A DNA stretch of 64,000 nucleotides from Candidatus Levyibacteriota bacterium (GCA_052034235.1 JBPOIT010000009.1:8203-72202), one strand, 5' to 3'. Numbered from the stretch's first letter, positions 39,001-39,941 are shown. Program-made: numbers and translations. The notes: generated by a model not told the origin, from the sequence alone.

Positions 39001-39941
39001 CAGTAACACCTGCAGCAAGTGCAAGTGCGACTCCAACTCCAGCATCACAAAGTGCACAGACGAATCCAACACCAAGTGCAGATGATCTCACATCACCTGA
39101 CCTTCTTATTGCAACCAATTCAGCATTGCCGACAGATGCCAACTTCTTCTCAAGTGCAACGATTTCAGGAGAGCTGACAGCATACACAGCAACTGTCCAG
39201 GATACATTCAAATCATTTGGCAAATCATATCTCGGAGATACAACAATTAGTGGTGATGTAATGATTACCGGTCAGACACTTCTTAATAACACAGATGTCG
39301 CAGGGACTCTTAGTGTTGATGATCATATCAATGTTGCGGGAACGCTCACTATCACGGAGAATGCAATCAATGTCTTCGGCGGAACAGATGAATATGGTCA
39401 ACCAACAGGTGGTGTTCTCTATCTCCAGCAATCACCACTTGCTAACTTGCTTGATATCTTCAACGGCAATGTGGTGATCAATAAATCAGGAACAATTGTC
39501 ACCAAAGGTGATGTGAAAGCAAATAACATTGAAACCAAAAAGGATATCAATGTCGGTGGCAACATCAATCTTGAAGGCGGCATCACAATCAGTGCAACAG
39601 CAGGAGCAACGATAAAAGCTGGTGACGCTCTGTACATCTCAGCTGACAAACAAGTCCAAAAAGCTGACTCAAGATATGTCGACCGCGCAGATGTGATCGG
39701 TATTGCAGCAAATGACGCAGACGTCAACGAGCAGGTAAAAGTAATTATTAGCGGCAAAGCCAAAGGGCTCAGAGCACTTGAAGCAGGTGTTAAATATTAT
39801 CTCGGAATAAACGGAGGACTCACACCTGTTATTCCTGCGACTGCACTCAAAGATGTCCCAGTAGGAATCGCATTTTCAGAGACAGAACTGATCATTCAAT
39901 TGGGTTCCGAAAAACTCACCAGCGCCTCAGTAGTAAATTAA
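1..39941 (+). CDS. Giant repetitive surface protein, 5'-partial (at least 13,288 aa in window). T/G/N/A/S-rich beta-solenoid-like repeats with a phage tail-fibre-like C-terminal region.
   Basis: The frame is open from nt 3; translating nt 3-74 gives NDVSIITDADSFLNISGLTTATGN, which is part of the repeat consensus, so the gene continues upstream of the window. The stop is at 39939-39941. About 25 copies of a ~365-aa unit follow the pattern CxDA[TS][DN]NV.KC...LQ.AY.GGNTITTTDAR.I.FTLADT.TDS.F.VTTA. The composition is almost free of K/R/E/M/W/H and of Cys outside the paired motif. The C-terminus (34.9-39.9 kb) is non-repetitive. Confidence 0.85.
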   Translation, partial: NDVSIITDADSFLNISGLTTATGNVVCLDATNNVVRCAAGSISLQAAYNSGNTITTTNARGIDFTLADTATDSKFSVTTATGSTAGVEFIRADGIGADDPTQLVLIDNADADRILPIGLRLSSSGGGGITTAIDVSDATIGTALSFGANDLVGTNFTVIGGTGNITSAGDLALNGGDITTTQTTANVFNGTATTLNVGGSATSLTIGATTGTAAIRNATISLPNATAINAGSAVTTIDSLVLGGGYGTSGLSISNAGTIQANGNLTIDGTSTLTGNITSAGDLALNGGDITTTSLNASLFNANATTINIGSDATAITLGAATGTTTVNNDLAVTGTGTFTDTLTANGDFAANAASTFTPSGTNDVAIITDADSFLNISGLTTPGVAGSTLCVDASDNVTKCGGATFSLQAAYAGGNTITTSDARGIDFTLADTTTDSKFSVTTATGSTGGSEFLRADGAGTDDPAQLVLIQNLDVDRALPIGLKIAGVTGGNVTTALDLSDANITTAIALGANNIIGTQFSLIGSTGNIITSGDIAVNGGDITTTSGTGNIFTSGATTLNIGSAATTYTVGATNATGNIRGTTVNFPNATTVNGTLATANFDTVTSGQGYGNTGVTLSSAGNISANGALVIDGTSTLTGNVTAVADVAVNGGDLTSSQTTFNLLNTGVTTLNIGSAATAISIGAATGATTVNNALNVTGLATFNGGATVPTGETLTADGASNFTPDGTNSVTVNTDGDSFLKLTGLQTITGNLLCLDASDNVSKCSTSSISLQGAYTGGNSITTTSNRDISFTLADSVTDSNFVVTSATGSTGGSQFVRADGAGTSDPTQLVLIQNLDTDRDLPIGMRIAGVTGGNVTTAIDLSDANIVNALDLGANNITGTYFSVDGGTGSITTAGDIAVNGGDVTTTSTTATLFNTGATTLSIGGVATTYTLGATNATGNIRGTTINFPNATTINGTLATANFDTQTVGGGYGSTGVTISNTGNISANGNLIVDGTSTLTGNTTVGGTLGVTGATTLSSTLAVTGDTTLTGDLAVNGGDLTTTAATFNLINGNATTVNFAGAATSLIMGAPTGTAQIRNDVVSLPNATAFDALAALARVDGLQVGGGYGATGATITNTGNISANGALVIDGTSTLTGNVTAASDVAINGGDLTTTQTTFNLLDSVATTVNFAGAATTLEIGSGTGRTTLDNNLTANLVDNNVDALDIQEGLNNYININTSDNAENISFGNGTTNPTYNFVGTGLTTFASDIAVNGGDITTTSGTGNIFTSGATTLNIGSAATTYTLGATNATGNIRGTTINFPNATTINGTLSTANFDTVTSGQGYGNTGVTLSNTGNISANGALIVDGTSTLTGNVTAGADVAVNGGDLTTTAGTFNLLTANATAINFGSAATALSIGAGTGTTTVNNALTATGLITANGGATVATGQTFTANGASTFNPDSNNDVTINTDADSFLTVTGLQTATGTLVCLDGSDNIAKCSTSSISLQSAYTGGNTIATTDNRDIAFTLADTATDSNFIVTTATDSTGGSQFLRADGAGTSDPTQLVLIQNLDSDNALPIGLKIAGIAGGNITTALDLSDTNITTAIALGANSISGTNFSLNGTNGNVTTGGDVAVNGGDLTTTSGTFNLVNSGATTLNIGGVATTYTLGATNATGNIRGTTVNFPNATTINGTLATANFDTITSGQGYGTAGVTLSNAGDISANGALIVDGTSTLTGDVTAAADVAVNGGDLTTSATTFNLLNTTATTLNIGGDATTVSIGDATGTTTVNNALTATGLITANAGATVSTGQTFTANGQSTFTPNLTNDINITTDADSFLNIAGLTTATGNTVCIDATNNIVKCSAASITLQSAYDGGNTITTTDGRSIGFTLADTTTDANFSVTTAPGGEGYSYFGLTDGTNTTSPAQLVLVENLDTDEALATGIRIQSAAGGITTALDVSDIEIGTALLFGANDITGTNFSVTGTNGNVGTAGTITAAGNINANSGTLATTQTTGNLFNATVTTLNIGGAATTYTLGATNATGNIRGTTINFPNATAINGTSATANFDTITAGQGYGTAGVTLSNAGDISANGALIIDGTSTLTGNVTAATDVAINGGDLTTSATTFNLLNATATTINFGSAATALSIGAGTGTTNINNDLLIDGTTTSTGLATFNGGATVATGQTFLANGISTFSPDSTNDVTINTDADSRLVLTGLQTAAGNALCIDATNNVTLCNGAPFGLQAAYNTGNTITTTDARGIDFTLANTSTDANFSVTTAPGSTGYSYFALADGANATTPSQLVLVENLDTNQALPTGIRIQSAAGGITTALDVSDAEIGTAISFGANDLSGTYFSVAGGTGDVTSAGDAAFNGGDITTTSTNASLFDTNATTLSIGGAATTLTLGGNGGTATINNTTVALANATAFDALTALARVDGLQVGGGYGSTGVTITNTGNISANGNLIVDGTSTLTGNVTAGADVAVNGGDITTTSTNASLFDTNATTLNIGGAATAIAVGAGTGTTTLNNNLTVNLVDNNANALDIQENGNNYININTTDNAENISFGNGATNPTYNFVGAGLASFASDIAVNGGDILTSAATATVFNTNATNLSIGGAATTLTLGATTGTATIRNATVALPNALVGIGTASPISALQVTRPLSLGATGKALAIFDQNENQDILTASAAGVTRFTVSNAGNITNSGTITAGGDITTAGDLAVNGGDITTTAGTFNLVNTGATALNIGGDATAVSIGDTTGTTTINNATVNFANATSFTAPTAVATLDSLQIGGGYGSSGTTLTNTGNISANGALIIDGTSTLTGNVTTAGDIAVNGGDITTTQTTAALFNTNATTISIGSVATTISIGAGTGTTTINNNLGVTGTSTFTGLGTFNGGATVATGQTFTADGISTFTPDNTNDVTINTDADSFLVLSGLTTPVAAGTALCIDSSDNVTKCSGNTVTLQTAYTGGNTITTTDARGIDFTLANTTTDSNFSVTTADDATGFSAFTRVNGTGTNNPAQLILVDNLDTDQAIAAGIKIQSAGGGITNGLDVSDAQIVNAIALGDNNITGTYFSVDGGTGSITSAGDIAVNGGDVTTSATTGNLFNAGATIVNVGGAATTVAIGAATGTTTIYNQTLALPNATAINAGSAVTTIDSLVLGGGYGTSGLSISNAGTIQANGNLTIDGTSTLTGDVSTAGDLAVNGGDITTTAGIVNLVNANATTINFGSAATALSIGAATGTTNINNNLLVDGTTTSTGLATFNGGATVSTGQTFLADGISTFSPDSTNDVTINTDSDSFLVLTGLTTPVAAGTQLCVDATNNVTKCSGNTVTLQSAYTGGNTITTTDDRTISFTLADTAIDSNFSVQTAAGSTGYNYFSLQNGTNTTSPAQLVLVENLDVNEALATGIRIQSAAGGITTALDLSDADIVTALLLGLNDVTATNYSIAGATGNITTAGNVAVNGGAITTTAGTATIFNTGATDLSIGGDATTLSIGDATGTATINNATVALSNATAFDALTALARVDSLQVGGGYGAAGVTISNAGTIQANGNLTIDGTSTLTGDVTAAGDVAVNGGDITTSATTFNLATATATTLNIGSAGTTISIGANTGTTTINNDVVVDGTGTFSGLGTFNGGATVANGQSFTAGGQSTFTPTGTTDVVINTDADSLLTVTGLPTLTGTAVCIDGSNTIAKCSADSITLQSAYNGGNTITTTDARDISFTLADTTTDSKFAVTTATGSTGGVEFTRADGAGTADPSQLVLIQNLDTNRALPVGLKIAGVSGGNLTTALDLSDANITTAIALGTNNVVGTNFSITGSNGNIGTAGTVTAAGNINANSGTLATTETTGNLFNATVTTLNIGGAATTVEIGAATGTTSINNLTVALDNATAFDALSALARVDGLQVGGGYGAAGVTVSNTGNISANGALIVDGTSTLTGDVTAAGDLAVNGGDLTTSATTFNLLNATATTVNFAGAATTLSIGAATGTSNINNNLLVDGTTTSTGLATFNGGATVATGQTFTANGQSTFAPDSTNDINLTTDTDSFLNIAGLTTATGNAVCVDGSNNIVICSAASITLQSAYNGGNTITTADNKSISFTLADTSTDSNFSVTTADGSTGYSSFTRADGTGTSDPAQLILIDNLDTNRAVAAGIKVQAAGGGITNGIDLSDDEIVNALSLGANDITATNFSITGSNGNFGTTGTITATGNITSSADVAVNGGDLTTSAGTFNLVNSGATILNIGGDATTVAIGAATGTTTINNLTLALPNATAITAASALLTIDSLSVGNGYGSTGVTISNTGNVQANGNLTIDGTSTLTGDVTTAGNVAVNGGTISTTQTTANLFNANATTVNIGGAATTNFAGGYGATGVTLSSAGDISANGSLIIDGTSTLTGNVTTAGDLAVNGGDITSTAGTLNINAGGIVAIDDALTVTGTISDSNSNLILDDTVDIGGANGIRIDTTGDISDIDGEVTISDNTTINGTLTVTGAISDSNSNLSLNDNTDVTGDFTVSGRTTLGSATQGDGTLNVTGAQAGKALVILNETGDQNILTASASGTTVLNVMRNGNLQIEGSLSDLSDATLNINDSLDVAGNFTLTGTISDTNSNLILDDTVDIGGANGIRIDTTGQISDIDGIVAIVDNTTIDGTLTVTGAISDSNSNLSLNDNTDVTGTFTASGQTTIGTAVQGDGLFNVTGAQTGKALAIFNETGDQNILTASASGTTVFNLGRTGNVAIEGSLSDLSDAALTINDSLSVTGDATVTGITTLNGALIANSTANFQDVTGITVGVDAATNTKGVIKLIGEGSNNYSTTFQTGIQTQDVTYTLPLDDGSTNYVLSTDGNGVLSWQSASGVGAGTINAVGNVVTGSAFTGSDSSANKGNELYFEGSTSTDDGNEILLTAVNPSADRTYTMPDLGTNGTFAFLEGTQTFTGLKTFAPAADNVGLTVTSSTTDDGEGFRLNFTQSDDTNANDTGSALSIALTSSSGDADSLYGVNLEDISAGAANEVGLRIGAGYDYGIEFEGSSANNNELFLTAANATADRTITLPDLTGTVALLENAQSFTGLKSFTNASGIIVGEDLATNTKGVITLIGEGANNFSTTFQTTTQSQNITYTLPADDGVNNYVLSTDGSGNLSWQSASGVGAGTITAVGNVLTGTSFTGSDSSVQKGNELYFEGSTSTDDAYEILLTAVNPSADRIYTMPDLGTDGTFAFLEGTQTFSGAKTFNDLTIADTNVVLSGGDSTLDITGAATRTLSLLNSTGGQVANLDLTDGGLFTGSTSRLTNAGGLENITGYSQTSGNFQQTGAGTFSTGTGNVSLNGDTSVTSDNTFTVGTGLTSLGGQLGVSSYATFSATVDIADDTTIGGTLDVAGATTLNSTLDVDGTATFNGDILQTGSGALTTGTGAVTLNGDTTLVSGKTLTTTGSLAANGQSTFTPTGTNDVSFVTDTDSFINITGLTTATGTAVCIDATNNIVKCSAASSTLQGAYVGGNTITTSDARDITFTLANTATDSNFTVTTAAGGAGYSYFGLADGTNTAPPAQLVLVENLDTDEALPAGIKIQSASGGITNGLDVSDAQIVNAIALGENNITGTYFSVDGGTGNVTAAGSASIGGGYGSTGVTISSAGNIQANGTLTIDGTSTLTGDVTASGDLAVNGGDITTSSGTAAIFNTGATSLSIGGAATTLSLGAGTGTTTVNNALTATGLITANAGATIPTGQSLTANGASTFSPNLTNDVTINTDTDSFLTITGLTTPGLAGNALCVDATNNVTKCAASTFTLQGAYDGGNSLTTTDARNISFTLADTSTDSNFAITTADGSTGYTSFTRANGAGTADPAQLILVDNLDTDRSITAGIKIQSAAGTITNGIDLSDIEIVNALSLGANDIIASNFTLNGNNGDITTAGDIAVNGGTITTTQATAEIFNTNATNLSIGGAATTLSLGAATGTATINNATVNFANATSFTAAGAAATFDSVAVGGGYGSTGATISNTGNISANGVLIVDGTSTLTGDVTTAGDIAVNGGDITTSAGTAALFNTGASTVNIGGDATTVSIGDATGTTTVNNALTATGLITANAGATVATGQTFTANGQSTFTPNLTNDISITTDTDSFLNVAGLTTATGNALCIDATDNIVKCSAASITLQSAYTGGNTITTTDARGIDFTLANTATDSNFSITTADDSTGFSAFTRVNGTGTNNPAQLILVDNLDTDQAIAAGIKIQSAAGGITNGIDLSDIDIVNALSLGANDVIASNFSITGSNGNIGTGGTITATGDINANSGTLATTQTTANLFNATATTLNIGGAATTLTLGAATGTATINNATINFPNATSFTAPNAAATFDSVAIGGGYGTAGATISNAGTIQANGNLTIDGTSTLTGDVTTGGTINANGGTIATTQTTANLLNATATTVNFAGAATTLSIGAATGTSNINNNLLVDGTTTSTGLATFNGGATVATGQTFSAGGQSTFTPDSTNDINITTDADSFLNIAGLTTATGNTVCIDATNNIVKCSAASITLQSAYNGGNTITTTDNKSISFTLANTATDSNFSVQTAAGGAGYSYFGLVDGTNTAPPAQLVLIENLDTDEALDTGLRIQAAAGGINTAIDLSDADIDTALLLGANDVTGSNFSITGSNGNIGTGGTITATGDITSGGNLAANTGSLTTTATSANLFNTNATTLAIGGAATTLTLGATTGTATISNATINFPNATSFTAPNAAATFDSVAIGGGYGAAGATISNSGTIQANGNLTIDGTSTLTGNVTTAGDVAVNGGDVTTTQTIAALFNTNATTLNIGGVATTISIGAGSGTTTVNNALTATGLITANAGATVANGQTFTAGGQSTFTPTGTNDVSITTDADSFLNVAGLTTAAGDNICIDATNNIVKCATASVTLQEAYDGGNTITTTDARSIDFTLANTATDSNFSVQTAAGSTGYNYFSLANGTNTTSPAQLVLIENLDTDEALDTGIRIQAAAGGINTAIDLSDADIDTALLLGANDVTGASFSITGANGNIGTGGTITAAGDINANSGTLATTQTTANLFNTNATTLNVGGAATSVVLGATTGTATINNATVNFANATSFTAPTAAATLDSLQIGGGYGSSGTTLTNTGNISANGALVIDGTSTLTGNVTTAGDVAVNGGDVTTTFATGNLFNTNATTVNVGGAATAYTIGAPTATGNIRGTTINFTNATTIDANLAAASIDSATIGGGYGTSGVSISNAGTIQANGNLTVDGTSTLTGDVTTAGDVAVNGGDLTSSAGTFNLVNTGTTTLNIGGDATTVSIGDATGTTTVNNALTATGLITANAGATVATGQTFTANGASTFSPNLTNDVTINTDADSFLVLTGLQTAAGDTVCIDATNNIVKCATAAGTLQSAYNSGNTITTTDARDLTFSLANTSTDSNFTITTAAGSTGYTYFGLADGTNTTPPAQLVLVENLDTDEALPAGIKVRSASGTITNGIDLSDDEIVNALTLGANDVTATNFSITGTNGNIGTGGTITAAGNINANSGTLATTQTTGNLFNATVTTLNIGGAATTYTLGATNATGNIRGTTINFPNATAINGTSATANFDTITSGQGYGTAGVTLSNAGDISANGALIIDGTSTLTGNVTAATDVAINGGDLTTSSTTFNLLNATATTINFGSAATALSIGAGTGTTNINNNLLVDGTTTSTGLATFNGGATVATGQTFTANGQSTFTPNLTNDINITTDADSFLNVAGLTTAAGDNICIDATNNIVICATAAVTLQGAYDGGNTISTTDARNISFTLEDTATDSNFSVQTAAGGAGYSYFGLADGTNTTPPAQLVLVENLDTNEAVPAGIKIQSAAGGITTALDVSDAEIGTALLFGENNITGTYFSVTGSNGNVGTAGTITAAGNINANSGTLATTQTTANLFNATATTLNIGGAATTLNLGANSGTATINNATINFPTATSFTAPNAAATFDSVAIGGGYGSTGVTISTAGNIQANGTLTVDGVSTLTGNVTASADLAVNGGDLTSSQTTFNLLNSGVTTLNIGNDATTVSIGETTGTTTVNNDLAVTGAGTFTGTLTANGDFAANSASAFTPSGTNDVTITSDADSFLVLPGLTTPGTAGSTLCVDATNNVTKCSANTITLQSAYTGGNTITTTNNRDISFTLANTATDSNFAVTTADDSTGYAAFTRVNGTGTNNPAQLILVDNLDTDQAIAAGIKIQSAAGTITNGIDLSDIDIVNALSLGANDIIATNFTLDGTTGTITTAGDLALNGSDITTTSTGIASVFNTNATTLNVGGAATALNLGAATGTATINNATINFPTATSFTAPNAAATFSSVAIGGGYGSTGVTISTAGNIQANGTLTVDGVSTLTGNVTAAADLAVNGGDLTTNQTTFNLIDAGATTVNFAGAATTLAIGAGTGTTTLDNNLTANLVDNNADALDIQENGYNYININTTDGSEEVAFGNGTTNPIYSFLGNGATSFAGNVAVNGGTLSTSQSSANLFNTNATTLSVGGAATTLNLGATTGTANIRNVTINFANATSFTAPNAAATFDSVAIGGGYGSTGVTISNAGNIQANGTLTVDGVSTLTGNVTAAADVAINGGDLTSSQTTFNLLNSGVTTLNIGSDATVLSLGDATGTTTVNNALTVTGAATFNGGATVPASQTFSANGVSTFAPNLTNDVTFTTDSDSTIILNGLGTTTGTPLCLDATNNVVQCANASLSLQNAYVGGNTITTTDARNISFTLADTATDSNFSVQTAAGGAGYSYFGLVDGTNTAPPAQLVLIENLDTDEALDTGLRIQADAGGINTAIDLSDTDIDTALLLGANDVTGSNFSITGTNGNIGTGGTITATGNINANSGTIATSQSTGNLFNTTATTLNIGGAATTYTLGATNATGNIRGTTINFPNATTINGTLATANFDIITSGQGFGNSGVTLASNGNISGDGDLTIGGAAAITGTATVTGDVAVNGGDLTTTATTFNLLNSTATTVNFAGAATTLAIGAGTGTTNINNDLLIDGTTTSTGLATFNGGATVSNGQTFNANGASNFAPTLTNDITFTTDTDSTVILNGLGTTTGTPLCLDATNNVVQCANATLSLQNAYAGGNTITTTDARNIGFTLANTTTDSNFTVTTAAGSEGYSYFGLADGTNTAPPAQLVLVENLDTDEALPAGIKIQSAAGGITNGIDLSDPEILNALSLGLNDVTANNFSITGSNGNIGTGGTITATGNITTAGDVAANGGDVTTTTSTGNLFNTNATTVNIGGVATALTLGANTGSATIRNETVTFSNATTFDATSATANFNIVTAGQGYGNTGVTLGNTGNIQANGTLTIDSTSTLTGNVTAAADVAINGGDLTSSQTTFNLLNSGVTTLNVGGVATALNFGAATGTTTINNLTLALPNATAINATAATANLDIVNVGGGYGSAGVTLGNTGNIQANGNLTIDGTSTLTGDVTAAADVAINGGDLTSSQTTFNLLNSGVTTLNVGGAATTLSLGAGTGTTTLNNNLTANLMDDSADALDIQEASHNYINVNTTNNFEEIQFGNTVTNPIYSFLGSGASTFSGNINANSGTIATNQTIANLFNTTATTLSIGGAATNLTMGANNSGTTTIRNSTLALPNARVGIGTSTPISMLHVTRPLSLGAIGKATAIFDQYESQDILTASAAGTTRFTVSNAGNITNSGTITAGGDITTTGDVAVNGGDLTTTAGTAALFNTGATTVNIGGAATTVNIGNAAGTTFVNGGLTVANGETFTAGGQSTFTPTGTNGVTITTDADSFLTVNGLASATGTAVCIDATNHIITCDDASQSLQSAYDNGNSITTTNNRDIDFTLANTGTDSLFSVSTADDSTGYSVFSRTNGAGTNDPTQLVLIDNEDADRALPVGLKISSTGGGGITTGIDLSDATIDDAIILGANDVVGSSFTIDGSNGNITTTGVIAANGGSITTNQTTANVFNTNATSLSIGGAATTLNLGATTGTAAIRNATISFPNATTVSAANATGNFSALTTGGGYASTGTTISSTGDIQTKGALTVDGISTLTGNVTASADLAVNGGDLTTTSGTAALFNTGATTLNIGGAATTVSIGNAAGTTTVNGGLTVANGETFTAGGQSTFTPTGTNGIAITTDADSFLTIDGLAAVTGGTLCVNTSDQVGTCSAASFSLQAAYDAGNNITTTDAKPIDFVLANTTTDSNFSVTTADGSIGHSVFARANGVGTSDPAQLILVDNLDTNRAVAAGIKVQAASGGITNGIDLSDAEILNALSLGDNDIISTNFTLTGSNGNLTTTGAIAANGGTISTDDTTFTLVDANATTVNFAGAATTLNIGAGSGTATINNQTISLPNATALSASGATVTIDAATIGGGYGSAGVSITNAGNISANGALIVDGTSTLTGNVSTNGDIAVNGGDVTTTFATGNLFNSGATTLNIGGAATTVSLGNAGGTTTINGNLTLGADKTLTTTGAVSLTPSGTLDVAITTDSDSFLNISGLTTTTGAQPTLCVDATNNVVKCDLTANASLQAAYDNGNSIATTNNRNIDFTLTNDVTDSNFLITTADGSTGKTIFARANGAGTTDPSQLVLINNADANRPLPVGLAITSSGGGGVTTGIDLSDASIDDALVLGANDVVGSSFTIDGSNGNIQTSGTAAINSGTISTTSSTGSLFDTNATTITLGSAATTYTIGATNATGNIRGTTINFPNATTINGTAAALNVLSSAIGGGYGTAGTTLSAAGDISANGALIVDGTSTLTGAVTASNGVTINGASTSDLIAAKTTANLFNTVATTLNIGGAATTINIGNAAGTTTVNGGLTVANGETFTAGGQSNFTPTGTDGITITTDADSFLTLNGLASDPGTAICIDATNHVITCDNTSQNLQAAYDAGNNITTTDARSIDFVLDDTTTDSNFSVTTADGATGYSVFSRENGTGTADPAQLILVDNADANRPITTGIKVTSSGGGGFGTGIDVSDASITTGIALGENDLSATNFSIVGSTGNFSTNGDLEVKGNDITTTTAGVAAVFNTNATTINIGGAATTYTLGATNATGNIRGTTINLPNATTLSATSATANFDIVTSGGGYSNSGVTLSTAGDISANGALIVDGTSTLTGNVTASADVAVNGGDLTTTAGTASIFNASATTINLGAGATTGINIGNAAGTTTVNSALTVAAARTFTAGGQSTFNPDSTNDVTMNLDADSFLTLVGLQSAAGSGLCINATNQVVACNDASEGLQAAYDNGNSITTTTARDIVFNLDDTATDSKFAINTLSGAAGGVEISRADGTGTTDPTQLVLIQNQDTNRALPIALRITGVAGGAVTTALDVSNADIVTAIALGANDITGSVFNVTGSNGNVTAGNVAVNGGDLTTTAGTFNLVNTGATTLNVGGAATTYTLGATNATGNIRGTTINFPNATSIVGSAATASFAQLNTGGGYGSTGTTIEGNGTIKTKGNLTVDGTSLLSGIATASAGLVIDGVTQSSLIAVKSTANLFNTVATTLNIGGAATTVSLGATGGTTTVNGALTVASAQAFQALGNATLGNGDDTIALNGTTITLTANGAGNDITANLVDDNTDALDIQQGTNNYININTSNGTEEIQFGNVSTNPDYTFLGTSAMTVGGDLIVNGGDLYATSGTTVNLFNTAQTDNLNIGTDANATVSIGGASTLTTINGGLTVSSTTLNTNIGSPLVNLSGNNAVIDMSGTGTLGINTTTDRAVNFGAGAFSIESATVTLTGTNPAIAASGANNLQINGGASGLVQINNTSTGNVEIAGGSGATGCTINNSTGALTCSGNITSSGSSGSVTVGYFSKDFATGVISNATASDTLAVSTTSVTQPALALTNSSTAGAASGTTYMLDILRSGANANATHTAYGVRSRVTNTGSGETNIAGYFSASGDGTGAYYAGIFDAGNVGVGTTAPNDKLVLGAGNNFGINVGAPTTLSLTPNVGGGTFAAGTYYYKVTALDAAGNETTNSTESSATVALNGTINVDWAAVSGATSYRIYRGTSSNNQTVYFTSTSDVYLDTGTAGTAGTPPSTGFNNAYAIKLLNTGSAYIGGNLGIGDGSPAAPLTVGSGDLFQVASTGNITFNYTSPIINFANTGSLTLRDGTNNLFTFADTSSTATTFNVGVNGTTNGQITFGSVAGGTQSSIVSESDGDLWIQSGTATTIVGRGTGDVLIQPPSGNQTTVNLQGSGSNFRVQNAGATFFNLSNLGATTWTQPSAQSVTLDAVTNASTLNSLTAGVFDINVGSGVSSNVGFTLDYTGNNGAAASSKMYGQRINLIQNDADSQLLGLTIGLSSAVTKSGANIVDCLLCLSNAVAQTASISDAIRITSTGATAGSITNGININTTDVTTDIVLQNGETIDNNTNGVVTIGGADLTLSSVTGDLIFGNGESINNDTNGRITVAGADLALSSTTGDVIFGNAESIDNDTNGVININGALQIDATTDDNERLCHSGADGATQTNILIRDCTVSGQDFAEWSIVASSSAEPGDVVYVVGNDLTDNTLTLKDITTNAYQNNASGIISTNPFIDILGDEQYKGKAGAKPIALSGRVPVKVSTINGNIAVGDPLVASAIPGVAMKATQKGMIIGFAEEAFDGTVRVSAQVLKQEEIFNSDLDDRQAYNSNPANWDSSVGKIMTTINPFFYDPTNIGPSYNGLGNWIHNGNFDILGDLTASAAAFGNNSELTIDGTGNLTTTGAVQTPLLDLLSGTIEGLGGNVISKLAADYTGLDANKFVFKNAVNADLFSIDSTGNATLSGTLTTNGGNYDLAEDYATKDKSLQEGDVVSVDVLYDEHVQKSAGAYDTTIVGVYSEKPGFRLSQTGSTINGGRAVPIALAGRVPVKVNTENGPIKKGDYLTSSSTPGVAMKATKPGQVLGKALADFSGTGVGKVVTFINVTFADPQNKLAILTDEAAAPSELSAANVTLPANLTIDGQVVNGSLADALTVISENLSAKSVSINALQADLFTKTAKDVEQDTKLAELSDKQASDAASLENQASLLGDKVASNEAIIANLSKQIEDINNASSSADVTALEARLNALIAQLTVTPAASASATPTPASQSAQTNPTPSADDLTSPDLLIATNSALPTDANFFSSATISGELTAYTATVQDTFKSFGKSYLGDTTISGDVMITGQTLLNNTDVAGTLSVDDHINVAGTLTITENAINVFGGTDEYGQPTGGVLYLQQSPLANLLDIFNGNVVINKSGTIVTKGDVKANNIETKKDINVGGNINLEGGITISATAGATIKAGDALYISADKQVQKADSRYVDRADVIGIAANDADVNEQVKVIISGKAKGLRALEAGVKYYLGINGGLTPVIPATALKDVPVGIAFSETELIIQLGSEKLTSASVVN
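3588..3735 (+). repeat. Insert module ALDIQE-NYININT-(D/N)xxExI(S/Q)FGN-TNPxY-F-G, copy 1 of 5
   Basis: TANLVDNNVDALDIQEGLNNYININTSDNAENISFGNGTTNPTYNFVG. Paralogous copies lie at 7548-7695, 25172-25320, 28412-28560 and 34552-34700. Confidence 0.7.
7548..8290 (+). repeat. Composite module: ALDIQE/NYININT insert followed by a VGIGTASPISALQVTRPLSLGATGKALAIFDQ...ILTASAAG.TRFTVSNAGNITNSGTITAGGDITT block. It is paralogous to 28412-29120.
   Basis: Long collinear protein similarity between the two blocks, for example PNA[LR]VGIGT[AS][ST]PIS.L.VTRPLSLGA.GKA.AIFDQ.E.QDILTASAAG.TRFTVSNAGNITNSGTITAGGDITT. Confidence 0.7.
13040..16300 (+). repeat. Divergent internal block that interrupts the super-repeat array. 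It holds two tandem ~490-nt modules (13255-13745 and 13750-14235: TGTISDSNSNLILDDTVDIGGANGIRIDTTG.ISDIDG...GKAL.I.NETGDQNILTASASGTTV) and two ~470-nt modules (14300-14770 and 15170-15640: NTKGVI.LIGEG.NN.STTFQT..Q.Q..TYTLP.DDG.NYVLSTDG.G.LSWQSASGVGAGTI...GNELYFEGSTSTDD..EILLTAVNPSADR.YTMPDLGT.GTFAFLEGTQTF.G.KTF).
   Basis: Direct protein and DNA self-similarity. The DNA pairs are ~90% identical, for example 14590-14750 vs 15460-15620. Confidence 0.7.
28412..29120 (+). repeat. Second copy of the composite insert + VGIGTSTP module (paralog of 7548-8290)
   Basis: NLTANLMDDSADALDIQEASHNYINVNTTNNFEEIQFGNTVTNPIYSFLG ... PNARVGIGTSTPISMLHVTRPLSLGAIGKATAIFDQYESQDILTASAAGTTRFTVSNAGNITNSGTITAGGDITTTGDVAVNGGDLTTTAGT. 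Confidence 0.7.
35701..35940 (+). other. Fibronectin-type-III-like domain inside the giant protein, flanked by tail-fibre-type G-x-G-x-G-T-x-x-P motifs (NVGVGTTAPNDKLVL at ~35598-35645; GNLGIGDGSPAAPLTV at ~36028-36075)
   Basis: GTYYYKVTALDAAGNETTNSTESSATVALNGTINVDWAAVSGATSYRIYRGTSS matches the Fn3 pattern Y.Y.V.A.D..GNES..S..V...W..V.GA..Y.IYR. The flanking VG[IV]GTTxP motifs are typical of phage tail-fibre and chlorovirus-glycoprotein-type repeats (from memory). Confidence 0.5.
36910..37200 (+). repeat. Three tandem ~27-aa repeats (LQNGETIDNNTNGVVTIGGADLTLSSVTGDLIFGNGESINNDTNGRITVAGADLALSSTTGDVIFGNAESIDNDTNGVININGA)
   Basis: Direct reading of the translated sequence. Confidence 0.7.
37220..38570 (+). 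other. Duplicated C-terminal modules of the giant protein: D[FL]AE[WD]...GDVV.V ... GR[VA]P[IV]KV...G.I..GD.L..S..PGVAMKAT. Copy 1 lies at ~37220-37690 and copy 2 at ~38140-38570. A coiled-coil segment (~38600-39010) and a possible third degenerate copy (~39600-39900) follow.
   Basis: Copy 1: DFAEWSIVASSSAEPGDVVYVV...KPIALSGRVPVKVSTINGNIAVGDPLVASAIPGVAMKATQKG. Copy 2: DLAEDYATKDKSLQEGDVVSVD...AVPIALAGRVPVKVNTENGPIKKGDYLTSSSTPGVAMKATKPG. The region 38600-39010 is heptad-like and rich in A/L/E/Q/K/S. The family assignment (tail-fibre tip or intramolecular-chaperone-like) is not established. Confidence 0.45.

Noticed and set aside
38600-39010. Possible separate gene for the coiled-coil segment at the end of the giant ORF
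   Set aside because: There is no stop codon or start context separating it from the upstream modules. The frame is continuous through to 39941.
779-39763. Dozens of 60-330-aa ORFs on the minus strand, and off-frame + strand ORFs, inside the giant gene, including 779-1684, 1973-2902, 10601-11602, 24434-25006 and 38429-39223
   Set aside because: They are shadow ORFs. The antisense of the codon-biased T/G/N/A repeats is poor in stop codons. Their translations are low-complexity (V/P/A/S-rich) and periodic in step with the sense repeats. All lie entirely within the single long sense frame.
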